This document shows positions 9,575 through 22,077 of a DNA stretch of 64,000 nucleotides, piece by piece. A program made the position numbers and the translations under genes. The stretch is from the NCBI GenBank assembly GCA_963743525.1, contig CAVUQH010000003.1, forward strand, positions 896,001 to 960,000. The letters are read 5' to 3'. The number at the start of each line of letters is the position of its first letter. Positions within the stretch are counted from its first letter, which is position 1. The notes beneath the pieces were generated by a model, which saw only the letters and a list, made by a program, of their open reading frames with translations, had not been told where the DNA came from and made no database searches. The DNA comes from an uncultured delta proteobacterium. Lineage in GTDB: Bacteria > Myxococcota_A > Polyangia > Haliangiales > Haliangiaceae.

Positions 9575-10403
9575 GAGGTCGCCGTGAAGCTCATCGTTTG
9601 CCTCGCCTTGCTCAGCGCCGCGGCCTGCAACCACGACCGCGCGCAACCAAAGGAGCAGCTGGAAGCGGCCGAGCCCCGCAAAGCCCCGGCCGCGGACCCG
9701 TCGCCGACCGATCGGGTCGCGATCGCGATCGCTGCCGATGGCGCGCTGACCGTCCAGGGCGCGGCGGCGCCGTCGATGGACGCCGTGGACGCCGCGGTTC
9801 GGGCAGTGGTCAACGCCACCGGTCGAGCCTCGTGCGACATCGATGCCGCCCCGGCGGTTCCGTACGCGAAGACCCTGGCGCTCGCCGACCGATGCCACGC
9901 CGCGGGCGCCCACGCCTTGACCATCAGCGGGGTGCCGATCGAGCTGCCGAGAGCCGCGGCCGTCGCGGACGACGTCAGGCCGATCGCCGTGGTCTCGATC
10001 GCCGCCGACGGCACGATCGTCGTCGGCAACGGCGTGGTCTCCGACGCAGAGCTCGGTCCGCGCCTGCGCCAGGTCATCGCCGAGCACGGCGACCGTCTCG
10101 TGGTGCTACCGGACAATCAGCTCGCCACCGGCCGCGTCGTCACCGTGTGGAAGGCGGTGCTCGCCGCCGGGCTCCCGGCCATCCGCATGATGGCCGTCCC
10201 CAAACCGGTCGAGCCGCCGCAGATGGCGCCGCCGAAACCGGTCCCGCTGCCGCAGAAGAAGTAACGACGCGCCGGTCCGGCCGGTTAGCTGGTTGGGTTC
10301 ACCACAGACGGACGCGCCCTCGCTGCGCGGGCGCTCGGAATACGCGATCCTCGGCGACCGAGAAGAAGACTCGGCGCTGTTCCTGATCCCGGTCTCGAAC
10401 CAG
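9500..10403 (+). repeat. 75-bp diverged direct repeat (9500-9574 and 10329-10403)
   Basis: 68/75 identical by manual alignment; encode GRSAYAILGDREEDSALFLIPVSN* versus GRSEYAILGDREEDSALFLIPVSNQ. Confidence 0.9.
9584..10264 (+). CDS. Lipoprotein with two ExbD/TolR-like domains
   Basis: GGAGG RBS; lipobox AAAC; two copies of (I)AADG.(L/I).V followed by IDAAPAVPY / VLPDNQLATGRVVTV, typical of ExbD periplasmic domains. Confidence 0.65.
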   Translation: MKLIVCLALLSAAACNHDRAQPKEQLEAAEPRKAPAADPSPTDRVAIAIAADGALTVQGAAAPSMDAVDAAVRAVVNATGRASCDIDAAPAVPYAKTLALADRCHAAGAHALTISGVPIELPRAAAVADDVRPIAVVSIAADGTIVVGNGVVSDAELGPRLRQVIAEHGDRLVVLPDNQLATGRVVTVWKAVLAAGLPAIRMMAVPKPVEPPQMAPPKPVPLPQKK

Positions 10404-10440
10404 GTAGCCGCCGGTTCTCGCGCGGCGCTAGAATGGCGTC

Positions 10441-11130
10441 TTGATCGACGAGCTGGTCCGACGGATGTCCCCGCCGCTGTTTGCTCGCCAGGTTGCTGGC
10501 ACCTTCCGCAATGGCGGCGGCGATCGCGCCACGGTTCACGAGGGAGACCTGAGGGTTGCCGGACCCTGGTCACCACCGGCGTCGCCGTTCATCGTCACCG
10601 GAGACTTGCTGGTCGATGGATCGCTGATCACGTGCGCCGCCGACCGCGACGCCGACCTGTTGGTCGCGATGGGCGCGGTGCGCTGTCGCGATCTCATGGC
10701 GGTCCCCGAGTCGACGACGTTCTGCGGCGGGCCGCTCGAGGTCGAGGGACTGCTGTTCGCCGCCGCCCGCGACGTCATCGTTCACGCGTACGGCCCACTG
10801 CGCGCCCGCTACTTGATCAGCGGCGCGGGGACGGGGTGGCTGTCGAGCTTCCACGACGACGTCTCGGTCGATGGCTATTTCGACTACTTTGCCGACGGCC
10901 GCACCACCAAGGCTCACGCCGCCATGCAGACGCAACCCCGGGTCGACCTTCGCCAAGAGGTCGTCCCCGAGTTGCTCGATCTCTCGGAGTGGGAGTGCAT
11001 GAGCGAAGAAGAGCGCGCGGCCGAGCTCGAGAGCGGCGAGACCCCGTTCAGTTACGCCAGCTTCGACGAGAGGGGCGCGGAGCGGCGCTTTCGTGCCGGC
11101 GAGGCGCTGATCCCGACGAACGCCGCGTGA
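10441..11130 (+). CDS. Hypothetical protein with beta-helix-like (bactofilin/polymer-forming-like) repeats
   Basis: Repeated xxGDLxVxG pattern (HEGDLRVAG, VTGDLLVDG, GGPLEVEG, GPLRAR). Confidence 0.55.
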   Translation: MIDELVRRMSPPLFARQVAGTFRNGGGDRATVHEGDLRVAGPWSPPASPFIVTGDLLVDGSLITCAADRDADLLVAMGAVRCRDLMAVPESTTFCGGPLEVEGLLFAAARDVIVHAYGPLRARYLISGAGTGWLSSFHDDVSVDGYFDYFADGRTTKAHAAMQTQPRVDLRQEVVPELLDLSEWECMSEEERAAELESGETPFSYASFDERGAERRFRAGEALIPTNAA

Positions 11131-11162
11131 AATAGTCCCCCGCCGTCGCGCGTTGGGGAAAC

Positions 11163-12335
11163 ATGCCGGACCCGGCCCTGCGTTCCCAGGTCATGCAATC
11201 GCGCCGGCGGCAGGGCGCCGTCGTCGCCATCGCCGCCGCGATCGGACTCCAGCTGGCGACGATCGTGCTCGTCGCCTGGCGCTGGCAGGCGCCCGAGGCG
11301 GCACCGACAGCGGCGCCGATCGTCAGCTCCCCGGTCCCGGTGGTCGTTTCCCCGCCGGCACCCGCGCCGGAGCCTTCGGCACCACCGTTGCCACCGCCCA
11401 GCCAGATCGCGGATCGCCCGAGCTGTCCGCCGCCGCGCACGGATGCGCCCCGGCTCAGGCCTCGCATAGACGAAGCCATCACCGCGGTTCACCCGGCGCC
11501 GAGCAACGCCGGCTGGATCGCGGCGTGGAACCACGAGCACGTGTTCGTCAGCTACGACGCCGGCGCCACGTTCACCCGCGCCCTCGACGGCGCCGGTGAC
11601 GTGACCGACGCGTCGTTCGACTGCTGGGGGCATCTCATCGTGCTGCGCGGCAACCAGGTCGGCGTGCGCGATGGTGGTCGCGAGCGCTGGCACACCGTCC
11701 CCGGCCTCCGCGGTGCCCACGAGGATCCCGGCGGCGTGCTCGGCGGCGGTCCCGACGTCGTGGTCGTCGGCATCACGCCGGACGAGGGTTGGCTACCTCG
11801 CCTCGCGAGCAGCGCAGACGCCGGCGCGACCTGGGGCTACCACGATCTAGAAGGCGACTTCGAGCCCGGCATGCTCATCCGCGGCCGCCAGCACGCCGAC
11901 GGCGCCATCGACGTCGGCCTGGCCAGCGCAGACTGCATGAGCGACGACCTGGTCTGGACGACGATCCGCGACGGCAAGGTCGACACCGTCGTGGACGGCA
12001 TGATCGAGGGCTCAACGTTTGGCATCTACGGCCAGCTCGCCGTGACCGAGACCGGCTGGCGGCTCCGCGACGACGACGAATGGCACGACCTTCCCCTCGC
12101 CGTCCCCAACACCCGAGTCCAGATCGTGCCCGGCGACCGACCCGTCATCATCGCCGGCGAAAAACCCTATCGCCTCGCCGCCGGCAAGCTTCGCGCAACC
12201 CGCCTCGTCGTCGAAGGCGAGCCCCAGGCCGTCGATCCCGCCGGCCGCGTCTGGTCCATCGCCTGCGGCCAGCCGCTGATCGCCAGGCGCAAGCCGACCG
12301 GCCAGCCGGCGACCTGCGCGGACGGCAACGAATGA
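11163..12335 (+). CDS. Membrane-anchored hypothetical protein with BNR/Asp-box motifs
   Basis: N-terminal TM, Pro-rich linker, SYDAGATF and SADAGATW Asp-boxes. Confidence 0.65.
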   Translation: MPDPALRSQVMQSRRRQGAVVAIAAAIGLQLATIVLVAWRWQAPEAAPTAAPIVSSPVPVVVSPPAPAPEPSAPPLPPPSQIADRPSCPPPRTDAPRLRPRIDEAITAVHPAPSNAGWIAAWNHEHVFVSYDAGATFTRALDGAGDVTDASFDCWGHLIVLRGNQVGVRDGGRERWHTVPGLRGAHEDPGGVLGGGPDVVVVGITPDEGWLPRLASSADAGATWGYHDLEGDFEPGMLIRGRQHADGAIDVGLASADCMSDDLVWTTIRDGKVDTVVDGMIEGSTFGIYGQLAVTETGWRLRDDDEWHDLPLAVPNTRVQIVPGDRPVIIAGEKPYRLAAGKLRATRLVVEGEPQAVDPAGRVWSIACGQPLIARRKPTGQPATCADGNE

Positions 12336-12451
12336 GCCTGCGATCCGCCTGACCTTGGAGTCAGGTCCGGGTGCGTCCCTCGCGCATTCGCGCTCGCTTC
12401 GCCTGCGGCAGTGGGCCGATACTGTGGTGGTTGCGTGGGAGAGGACGTTTC

Positions 12452-12853
12452 GTGACACGGCTGCTCGGGATACTGCTGCTCGTGGCGGGTTGCGGCGACG
12501 CGCGCAGCGTGCGTGATGCCGCCCCGGTCGACGCCCACACGGCCGACCGGGACGCCGTGCATTGCGGGGAAGACTGCAACCCGATCGCGAACAGCGGGTG
12601 CAACGCAGGAGAGCGGTGCGGCACGATCGTTCCGCCGCAGCCGTGCTTGATCGCCTGCGTCCCGGCGGGGACGATTCCGATCGGCGGGGGCTGCGTGCGT
12701 TCGGCGTACGGGACTGACGATTGCGTCGAGAGCTCCGCGTGTGTCGAAGGCGTGTGCCGGCCCTTCTGCTTCATCCCCAACGCGGGCTGCGACGCCGGGG
12801 TGTGCGAGCAGTTCGATGGTGGTGAGTTACCGGGTTTCGGTGTGTGTCGCTAG
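12452..12853 (+). CDS. Small Cys-rich lipoprotein
   Basis: GGAGAGG RBS, GTG start, lipobox VAGC; CNPIANSGC..GERC, DDC...C..GVCRPFC pattern common in myxobacteria. Confidence 0.7.
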   Translation: MTRLLGILLLVAGCGDARSVRDAAPVDAHTADRDAVHCGEDCNPIANSGCNAGERCGTIVPPQPCLIACVPAGTIPIGGGCVRSAYGTDDCVESSACVEGVCRPFCFIPNAGCDAGVCEQFDGGELPGFGVCR

Positions 12854-12874
12854 CCCGTCGCGGTTGGGCGCGGG

Positions 12875-14536
12875 TCAGCTGTCGCGACCGTCCTCGTCCT
12901 CGTCCGGTTCGTCGGCGTTCGAGTCGCCGGGCTCGCTGGCGTCCGGGGCGGCGGGCTTGGCGGGCTGTTGTTCGAGCTCGTCGCCTTCGCCTGCGCTCAG
13001 ATCGACCAGGTGGCCATTGATCTCGGTCAGCAGGGTGTTGGCGACTTCCTCGCCGACGTCGCCGCGGCGGGCGGCGGCGAGGACGAAGTCTTTCTCGGTG
13101 ATGAGCAGGTGGCGGCGCGCCGCCAGTAGCTCGTCGCGGCGGAATCGCTCTTTCTCCACGCCCAATCCCTGGAGCTCGTTCTCGGTGGTTTGCAGGCGCG
13201 ACTCGTACTCGTCGCGCAGGGTGTCGAGCACCTCGGTGGGCGCGGTGCGGCCTCGCGCCATGGTGTCGAGCTCGGACAGGGCGACGTTGACCGCCTGGAC
13301 TTCGGCGCGCAGCCGCTCGTACTGGATCCGGGGCTCGTCGCCGCGGACCACGCCGAGGCGGCGGAGGAGCGGGGTCATGGTCAGGCCCTGGACGAGAATG
13401 GACAGGATGACCACGCCGAAGGTCGTGGTCTCGAGGAACGCCCTGTGGGGCACGCTGGCGGGCAGCCCGAGCACCAGCACCATCGACAGCGCGCCGCGCA
13501 CGCCGCCCCAGATCAGGACCAGGTTCCACGCCGCCGGAAGGCGCCGCCGCGTCGGGCGGAGCAGCCCCGAGACCACGAAGACGACGGCCGCCCGGCCGAC
13601 GATCATCGCCAGGTAGGCGGTGACGATCGGCAGCCACGAGTCGAGCAGCGCCTCGGCGTGCACGCGGAAGCCGATGAGCAGGAAGACCATCGAGTTGAGG
13701 GCGAACGCGATGTACTCCCAGAAGGTCTCGGCCGACACGCGCGTCAACGGCGACATGCCGGTGCGGGCGCCGTAGTTGCCGCACAACATGCCGGCGGCGA
13801 CGGTGGCGATCACGCCGGAGAAATGCAGGCTCTCGGCGGCGGCAAACGCGCCGTAGGCGGCGATCGTCGTCAGGGTGATCTCGATCATCGCGTCGTCCAC
13901 ACGGCGCACGACCTCGGAGATCACCAGGCCGATGACCACGCCGATCACCGCGCCGCCACCGACGATGGCGAAGAAGCTGCCGACCATCTCGGGCGCACCA
14001 CCGGAGTGCTCGCCGGTGACGTAGGCGAGGATGAGGGTGAACAGCACGATGGCCGTGCCGTCGTTGAACAGGCTCTCGCCTTCGAGGAGCACCGACAGCC
14101 GCTTGGGTGCCCCCGCGCTGCGAAACAGCCCGACCACGGCGATCGGATCGGTCGCCGCGACGACCGACCCGAAGATCAGCGCCTGCGACCAGGGAAACTC
14201 GGCTTTCAGGTGCAGCGTCCCGGCGACCAGGCTGAGAATGGTGGCCGTCAGCCCGATCGCCGCGGCCACCCCGGGAACCGCCAGCGCCAGGATGGCCAGC
14301 AGGTCGTGGCGAAAGTCGCGCACGTCGAGGTGAAAGCTGGCCTCGAACAACAGCCCCGGCAGCACCACCGCGAACAGAATCTCGTGCGTGAGCTCCGGCG
14401 GCTTGAACGCGTGGAGCGTGCCCAGGGTCAGGCCCGCCAGCACCAGCGCCACGGTGTACGGGAGACGAAGCCGTCGCGCCACCAGCGCCACCGCCGAAGC
14501 GACGACGAACAGCAGGATGAAGGAGGTGTTGGTCAC
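12875..14536 (-). CDS. Na+/H+ antiporter, CPA1 (NhaP) family
   Basis: ATDPIAV, LEGESLFNDG, WGGVRGALS and VQGLTM motifs; many TM helices. Confidence 0.92.
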   Translation of the reverse strand: MTNTSFILLFVVASAVALVARRLRLPYTVALVLAGLTLGTLHAFKPPELTHEILFAVVLPGLLFEASFHLDVRDFRHDLLAILALAVPGVAAAIGLTATILSLVAGTLHLKAEFPWSQALIFGSVVAATDPIAVVGLFRSAGAPKRLSVLLEGESLFNDGTAIVLFTLILAYVTGEHSGGAPEMVGSFFAIVGGGAVIGVVIGLVISEVVRRVDDAMIEITLTTIAAYGAFAAAESLHFSGVIATVAAGMLCGNYGARTGMSPLTRVSAETFWEYIAFALNSMVFLLIGFRVHAEALLDSWLPIVTAYLAMIVGRAAVVFVVSGLLRPTRRRLPAAWNLVLIWGGVRGALSMVLVLGLPASVPHRAFLETTTFGVVILSILVQGLTMTPLLRRLGVVRGDEPRIQYERLRAEVQAVNVALSELDTMARGRTAPTEVLDTLRDEYESRLQTTENELQGLGVEKERFRRDELLAARRHLLITEKDFVLAAARRGDVGEEVANTLLTEINGHLVDLSAGEGDELEQQPAKPAAPDASEPGDSNADEPDEDEDGRDS

Positions 14537-14628
14537 GGCGTGCGGATCCGGTTGCGGAGGTGCTCCACTACCTTGTATCGCACGCGGCGATTATGCACAC
14601 GCGGACCGGGCCGCGCGTCCGCCCGAGA

Positions 14629-16311
<1,683 letters not shown>

Positions 16312-16405
16312 GGCGGCGGACTATAGCCAAATCCGCGGCCACCGCCAGTGGGCGGCGGGGAAGTCGGTGCTGGTACCTCGGCGGTCGGGCGGCTACCCTG
16401 GATCT

Positions 16406-17194
16406 GTGGCCCCGTACCGCCAGCCGACCGGCGCCGAAGCCCTCCATGCGCCCACGCGCCAGGGCAAGGTGCGCCTGGAGGTGGCGCCCCGGCACGTGGT
16501 CGTCGAGGTATCCGGACACCATCATCTGGCCGTTACCGACCAGTTTCTGACCGTGACTCGGCCCGGCCGACGGCGGCGAAAGCACCGTTCGTTCGAGCTG
16601 GAGGGGCACCGGCTGGTGCTCGCGCGGGCGGTGCCGACCGATGACGTCGGTCTGTGGTACGAGCTGCGCAAAGACGTGATGCAGCGGATCTTCGGCATGT
16701 CGCCGCCGGAGCTGCTCGACCGCGACGCGCTGGCGGCGTGGAAAGAGCTCGACCGGATCTACCGGCGGCTGCGCGATGCGCTGGCCCCGCATCTGGGCGA
16801 AGCGACGACGGGGACCGAGTACGGCAAGGGCGCCGACCGGGTGCTGGTCGAGAGCCGCGACGACCGCGACGTCCTCTACGTGCGGCCGCTGTTTCGCGAT
16901 GCCACGCGCAAGGTGATGGAGGTCGCCGGCGACGGCACCGTGCGGATATACGGCCGCAAAGGGGCGGTCACGGAGCTCGAGTGCCGGTCGCGTTTCGGCG
17001 TCACGGTGCACGGCGACCGGATCAACTTCTCGGGGCCGCGCGGGGACACGCGCGGGCATCTGTGGCTGCCGTGGATCGACGAGGGCGACCGCGCGGCGCT
17101 GGCCCGGCTGCTGGGCGAGCGGGTCCACCGCGAGGCAGAATCGAACGAATCCGAGTATCTGCCGCTTCTACAGGCGCTAGACCGTCAGCGTTGA
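16406..17194 (+). CDS. Hypothetical protein
   Basis: GC3-rich open frame between ettA and the M50 gene; start uncertain (ORF from 16310 would overlap the ettA start). Confidence 0.6.
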   Translation: MAPYRQPTGAEALHAPTRQGKVRLEVAPRHVVVEVSGHHHLAVTDQFLTVTRPGRRRRKHRSFELEGHRLVLARAVPTDDVGLWYELRKDVMQRIFGMSPPELLDRDALAAWKELDRIYRRLRDALAPHLGEATTGTEYGKGADRVLVESRDDRDVLYVRPLFRDATRKVMEVAGDGTVRIYGRKGAVTELECRSRFGVTVHGDRINFSGPRGDTRGHLWLPWIDEGDRAALARLLGERVHREAESNESEYLPLLQALDRQR

Positions 17195-17216
17195 CTCCCC
17201 GGGGATTCGACTTACG

Positions 17217-17975
17217 TTGAAACCCGAGATGTTACGCACCTATCGGATTGGCTCCCTCTTCGGGTTTCCGCTCGAAGTCAACCTGACGTTCCTGATCCTT
17301 CTGGCCGTGTTCATGATCTGGCTCGGCCCGGTTGCCGGGCTGACCTTCGTCATCATCGCTTTCGGCTCGGTGCTGCTGCACGAGCTCGGTCACGCGCTGG
17401 TTGCGCGCTGGCTGGGCGTGCCGGTCGCCGGGATCGAGCTGCACTTCTTCGGCGGCACGGCGAAGATGATCGGCGCGCCGCGCTCGTCCGGTGACGAGAT
17501 CGCGATCGCCGCGGCCGGGCCGGCGGTGTCGTTTGCGCTGGGCGGCGTCGGTGTGGCGCTGGCCGCGCTGACCCACTCGCCGTTCTTCGTCATGCTCGGC
17601 TGGATCAACCTGGTCATGGCGCTGTTCAACCTGGTGCCGGCGCTGCCGATGGACGGCGGGCGGATCTTCCGCGCGCTACTTTCGCGGCGCATGGGCATGC
17701 TGCGGGCGACCGAGATCTCGGTGACCGTGGCCCGCGGCGTGGCCATCGTCATGGGCGTCGTCGGTCTGGTGACGCTGCAGCTCTACCTGGCGCTGCTGGC
17801 GGTGGTGCTGTGGACCATGGGCACCGCCGAGCTGAACAACGCGCGGGCGATGGCCGCGTATGGACAGCCGATGGGCGGGCCCCTCGACATGAACCTGCCG
17901 CCGAGCTGGCGCGGGCGTTCGAGCGGACAGCCACGCGTCCGCGTGATCCACTGGAACTGGCCGAAGTCGCGCTAG
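17217..17975 (+). CDS. Site-2 protease family (M50) metallopeptidase
   Basis: HELGH, AAAGP and NLVPALPMDGGRI motifs within TM segments. Confidence 0.93.
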   Translation: MKPEMLRTYRIGSLFGFPLEVNLTFLILLAVFMIWLGPVAGLTFVIIAFGSVLLHELGHALVARWLGVPVAGIELHFFGGTAKMIGAPRSSGDEIAIAAAGPAVSFALGGVGVALAALTHSPFFVMLGWINLVMALFNLVPALPMDGGRIFRALLSRRMGMLRATEISVTVARGVAIVMGVVGLVTLQLYLALLAVVLWTMGTAELNNARAMAAYGQPMGGPLDMNLPPSWRGRSSGQPRVRVIHWNWPKSR

Positions 17976-18668
17976 CTACTGGGCCTGGATCAGGACGTCG
18001 ATTGCGAGCGACGGGTCGTAGTCGTTCTCGAAGGTGACCGGGTAGTCGCCGGCGGGAACGTTGAAGTAGATGTAGCCGTTGGCCGGGTCGGAGCCGGCGA
18101 CCTGACCGTCGTTGAGCACCGAGTCGATGGTCGCGGTGTACGTGTAGCGGCCCATGGTCGGCGCGGCGTCGCCGATGAGCGGCAGCACGTAGAACGACGT
18201 GTTCTGGTCGGCGTTGACCTGCCAGATCTCGTCGTAGCTGGCGTCGCTGGTCGGGCCGACGGCGTCGCCGACGAAGTTGTCGAGGCCGAGGCCGCTCAGC
18301 TCTTGCACGCCGACCTCGAGGAAGTCGACCTCGACCTGGTTGACGTCGTAGGCGGTGATGCGCGCGACGCCCGCGGACTGGCCGACGGCGGCCCAGGTCG
18401 GTTTGCCGCCGACGTCGGCGACTGGATCGAGCGTCAGCACGCTGGGATCGTCGCTGGCCAGGGTCACGCCGGCAGTGGAGAAGCCGTCGATGCCGGCGAT
18501 CTGCACGTCGATGATGCCGCCGACGCCGACCGAGTCGGCGAAGTCGCAGCCCGAGACCAGGCCGCAGTTTTGCGGAGTGAAGCGGATGTTGCCGTTGGCG
18601 CCGGTCTTGGACGTGTTGCAGCCGACCGCCAGCAGCGCGAGGGACAGGAATAGGCCAGTGGATCGCAT
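17976..18668 (-). CDS. Hypothetical acidic lipoprotein
   Basis: AAAGGAG RBS; lipobox AVGC; Ig-like segment (LASDDPSVL...AGVARIT). Confidence 0.75.
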   Translation of the reverse strand: MRSTGLFLSLALLAVGCNTSKTGANGNIRFTPQNCGLVSGCDFADSVGVGGIIDVQIAGIDGFSTAGVTLASDDPSVLTLDPVADVGGKPTWAAVGQSAGVARITAYDVNQVEVDFLEVGVQELSGLGLDNFVGDAVGPTSDASYDEIWQVNADQNTSFYVLPLIGDAAPTMGRYTYTATIDSVLNDGQVAGSDPANGYIYFNVPAGDYPVTFENDYDPSLAIDVLIQAQ

Positions 18669-18782
18669 GAGTCGAAGCTCCTTTGCGGGGTTAACGTGCC
18701 CCGCCAGGGCGATCTTCACCCGGCAGGCCGGCGAGGGCAAACCGGTTACCGCAGGCTGCCCGCCGGCGTGCCCGCGACCACG

Positions 18783-19934
<1,152 letters not shown>

Positions 19935-19988
19935 GCCGGGACTCTACACAATGACGCATTGGAAATGCGGCATTGTGGCGCGCGACGA

Positions 19989-21041
19989 TCAATTCTCGCG
20001 GGTGGCCTGGTAAATCGAGTCGAGGAGGTTTCGCGACGACTCTTGCTCGCCGCGGGCGATGGCGTGGATGGCGTCAACGGCGCTGGCGTTGACCGGCGTG
20101 GGGATGCCGTATTTGCCGCCGCGCGTCACGATCTCTCCGTTGAGGAAGTTGACCGACGGTGTCCGCCCGCGCTCGATCGCCGACAGCATCGAGCTGCGCA
20201 TGCGCCGGTAGCGCAGGCCGACGGCGAGCAGCAGCGCGTGCTTGGCGGTGAGGCCGGCCGAGCCGCGCTTCTTGCGCTCCTCGGCGCCCAGGGCGATCCA
20301 GTCGAGATCGAGGGTGCCGGCGACCTTCTCCAGCGACACGCCCTCGGCGCGGGCGACCTCGACCACCTCGGTCATCACCTCCAGCGCCAGGCGGCGGTAG
20401 CGGCGCACGCGAACCAGCGGCCCGAGACGCTCGCCGGCGATGGTCGCCAGCGACGAGATGGCGCAGTTGAGCGCCAGCTTGGACCAGCGGGCGCCGGCCA
20501 GGTTCGACGTCAGCTGGGCCGGGCCGACCGCCTCGAGCAGACCGGCGACCATGCGGCAGCCATCGTCGGGCGGCGCACCCGAGCGGCCGATGGTGAAGCC
20601 GCCGGCCGCGGTTCGCTCGTACAGCCCGGGCTCGGGCATCGACGCGCCCCAGGCGACGATGGCGCCGATCACCCGCTCGCGGCCGGCGATGGCCGCGATG
20701 CGGTCCTCGCACAGGCCGTTCTGGAACACGACCATGTTGCCGTCGGCGGCCAGCGCGGGCAGCGCTTGACGCGCCGCCTCCTCGACCTGCGGCGGCTGCG
20801 TGGCCAGCAGCACCAGGTCGAACTCACCTTCGGGCACGCCGACAGAAATCTGGCCCGCGACGGTGCGCGTGCCGCCCTGGTCGGAGATCCGGTAGCCGTA
20901 GCTCCGTACGGCGTTGGCGATCCGCTCGTTGGTGGTGACGCCGGTAACATCGACGCCGACCTCGGCGAGGTGCGCGGCCACGGTGCCGCCGATGGCGCCA
21001 CAGCCCACGACCAGGACACGGGGAGACGGGGAATCCTTCAC
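19989..21041 (-). CDS. Ketopantoate reductase (PanE/ApbA) family protein
   Basis: VVGCGAIGG Rossmann motif, FQNGL, WSKLALN, SSML..I..GR, FLNGEIV, PTPVN; start uncertain. Confidence 0.85.
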   Translation of the reverse strand: MKDSPSPRVLVVGCGAIGGTVAAHLAEVGVDVTGVTTNERIANAVRSYGYRISDQGGTRTVAGQISVGVPEGEFDLVLLATQPPQVEEAARQALPALAADGNMVVFQNGLCEDRIAAIAGRERVIGAIVAWGASMPEPGLYERTAAGGFTIGRSGAPPDDGCRMVAGLLEAVGPAQLTSNLAGARWSKLALNCAISSLATIAGERLGPLVRVRRYRRLALEVMTEVVEVARAEGVSLEKVAGTLDLDWIALGAEERKKRGSAGLTAKHALLLAVGLRYRRMRSSMLSAIERGRTPSVNFLNGEIVTRGGKYGIPTPVNASAVDAIHAIARGEQESSRNLLDSIYQATREN

Positions 21042-21129
21042 CGCCGCAGTATACGGGGCCCGTAGGTCCGCGAAAAAACGCGGGCCGATTTCGGATCCCG
21101 ACGGCCCGTCAGCTACAATTCCGCCGGAG

Positions 21130-22077
21130 ATGGAGCTCACCTTCTGGGGCGTCCGCGGCAGTTACCCGGTTCCCGGCCCGAGCACGGTCCGCTACGGCGG
21201 CCAGACCTCGTGCGTCGAATGCCGGTCGGCCTCGGGGTCCGTCCTGGTGGTGGATGCCGGCACCGGGCTGCGCGCTCTGGGCCAGAAGCTGGCCCAGGAA
21301 CAGGGGGCCAGCTCCGCCCGGCACTACCATTTCGTGCTCTCCCACGTGCACTGGGACCACATCCAGGGGCTTCCGTTCTTCGAGCCGGCCTACATCCCCG
21401 GCACCCGGATCACCATCTACGCCATGCGCGCGGCCGCCGACGAGCTGCAGCAGGTGATCGGCGGCATCACCCGCCACGAGTTCTTTCCCATGCCGCTCGA
21501 GGCGGTGCCGGCCACCTTCGACTTCCGCGAGGTGACGCCGCTGGTGCCGTTCGAGATCGACGACTTCGTGCTGACGCCGATCGGGCTGAACCATCCGTTC
21601 GGCGCCGTCGGCTACCGCATCGAGGCCGACAACACCAGCTGGGCCTACGTCAGTGACACGGCGCCGTTCGATCTGGTGCGGCACAAGCAGCACTTCCTCG
21701 AGGGGCCCGAGCCGCTGAGCGACGAAGACCGCGCGGCGCTGGCATCGATGCGAGCCGACCTGGTCGGTGCGCTGCACGACACCCACACGGTCGTCTACGA
21801 CACCCACTTCACCCCCGAGGAGTACGCGCGCTTCCCCCACTACGGCCACTCGACGCCGGACCACGCGCTGGAGGTCTGCGCCGAGGCCGGGGTCAAGCGG
21901 CTGGTGCTGTATCACCACGCGCCGTCGCACAGCGACGAGCAGATGGACGAGATCGACCGCACCTATCGGCTCAAGGGCGCCAGCGCCGGCGTCAACGTCG
22001 CCACCGCGCGCGAGCGACAGACGTTGCGCGTCGGCGCGCGGTCGCGGCAGGCGACCAACCCGGGGGTCGGGGCGTGA
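21130..22077 (+). CDS. MBL-fold metallo-hydrolase
   Basis: FWGVRGS, YGGQTSC, DAGTG, SHVHWDHIQGLPFF, GHST, LYHHAP. Confidence 0.92.
   Translation: MELTFWGVRGSYPVPGPSTVRYGGQTSCVECRSASGSVLVVDAGTGLRALGQKLAQEQGASSARHYHFVLSHVHWDHIQGLPFFEPAYIPGTRITIYAMRAAADELQQVIGGITRHEFFPMPLEAVPATFDFREVTPLVPFEIDDFVLTPIGLNHPFGAVGYRIEADNTSWAYVSDTAPFDLVRHKQHFLEGPEPLSDEDRAALASMRADLVGALHDTHTVVYDTHFTPEEYARFPHYGHSTPDHALEVCAEAGVKRLVLYHHAPSHSDEQMDEIDRTYRLKGASAGVNVATARERQTLRVGARSRQATNPGVGA

Noticed and set aside
9500..10403. The 75-bp repeat as a DGR template/variable pair or phage att site
   Set aside because: No reverse transcriptase or integrase in the window, and mismatches are mostly synonymous and not confined to adenines.
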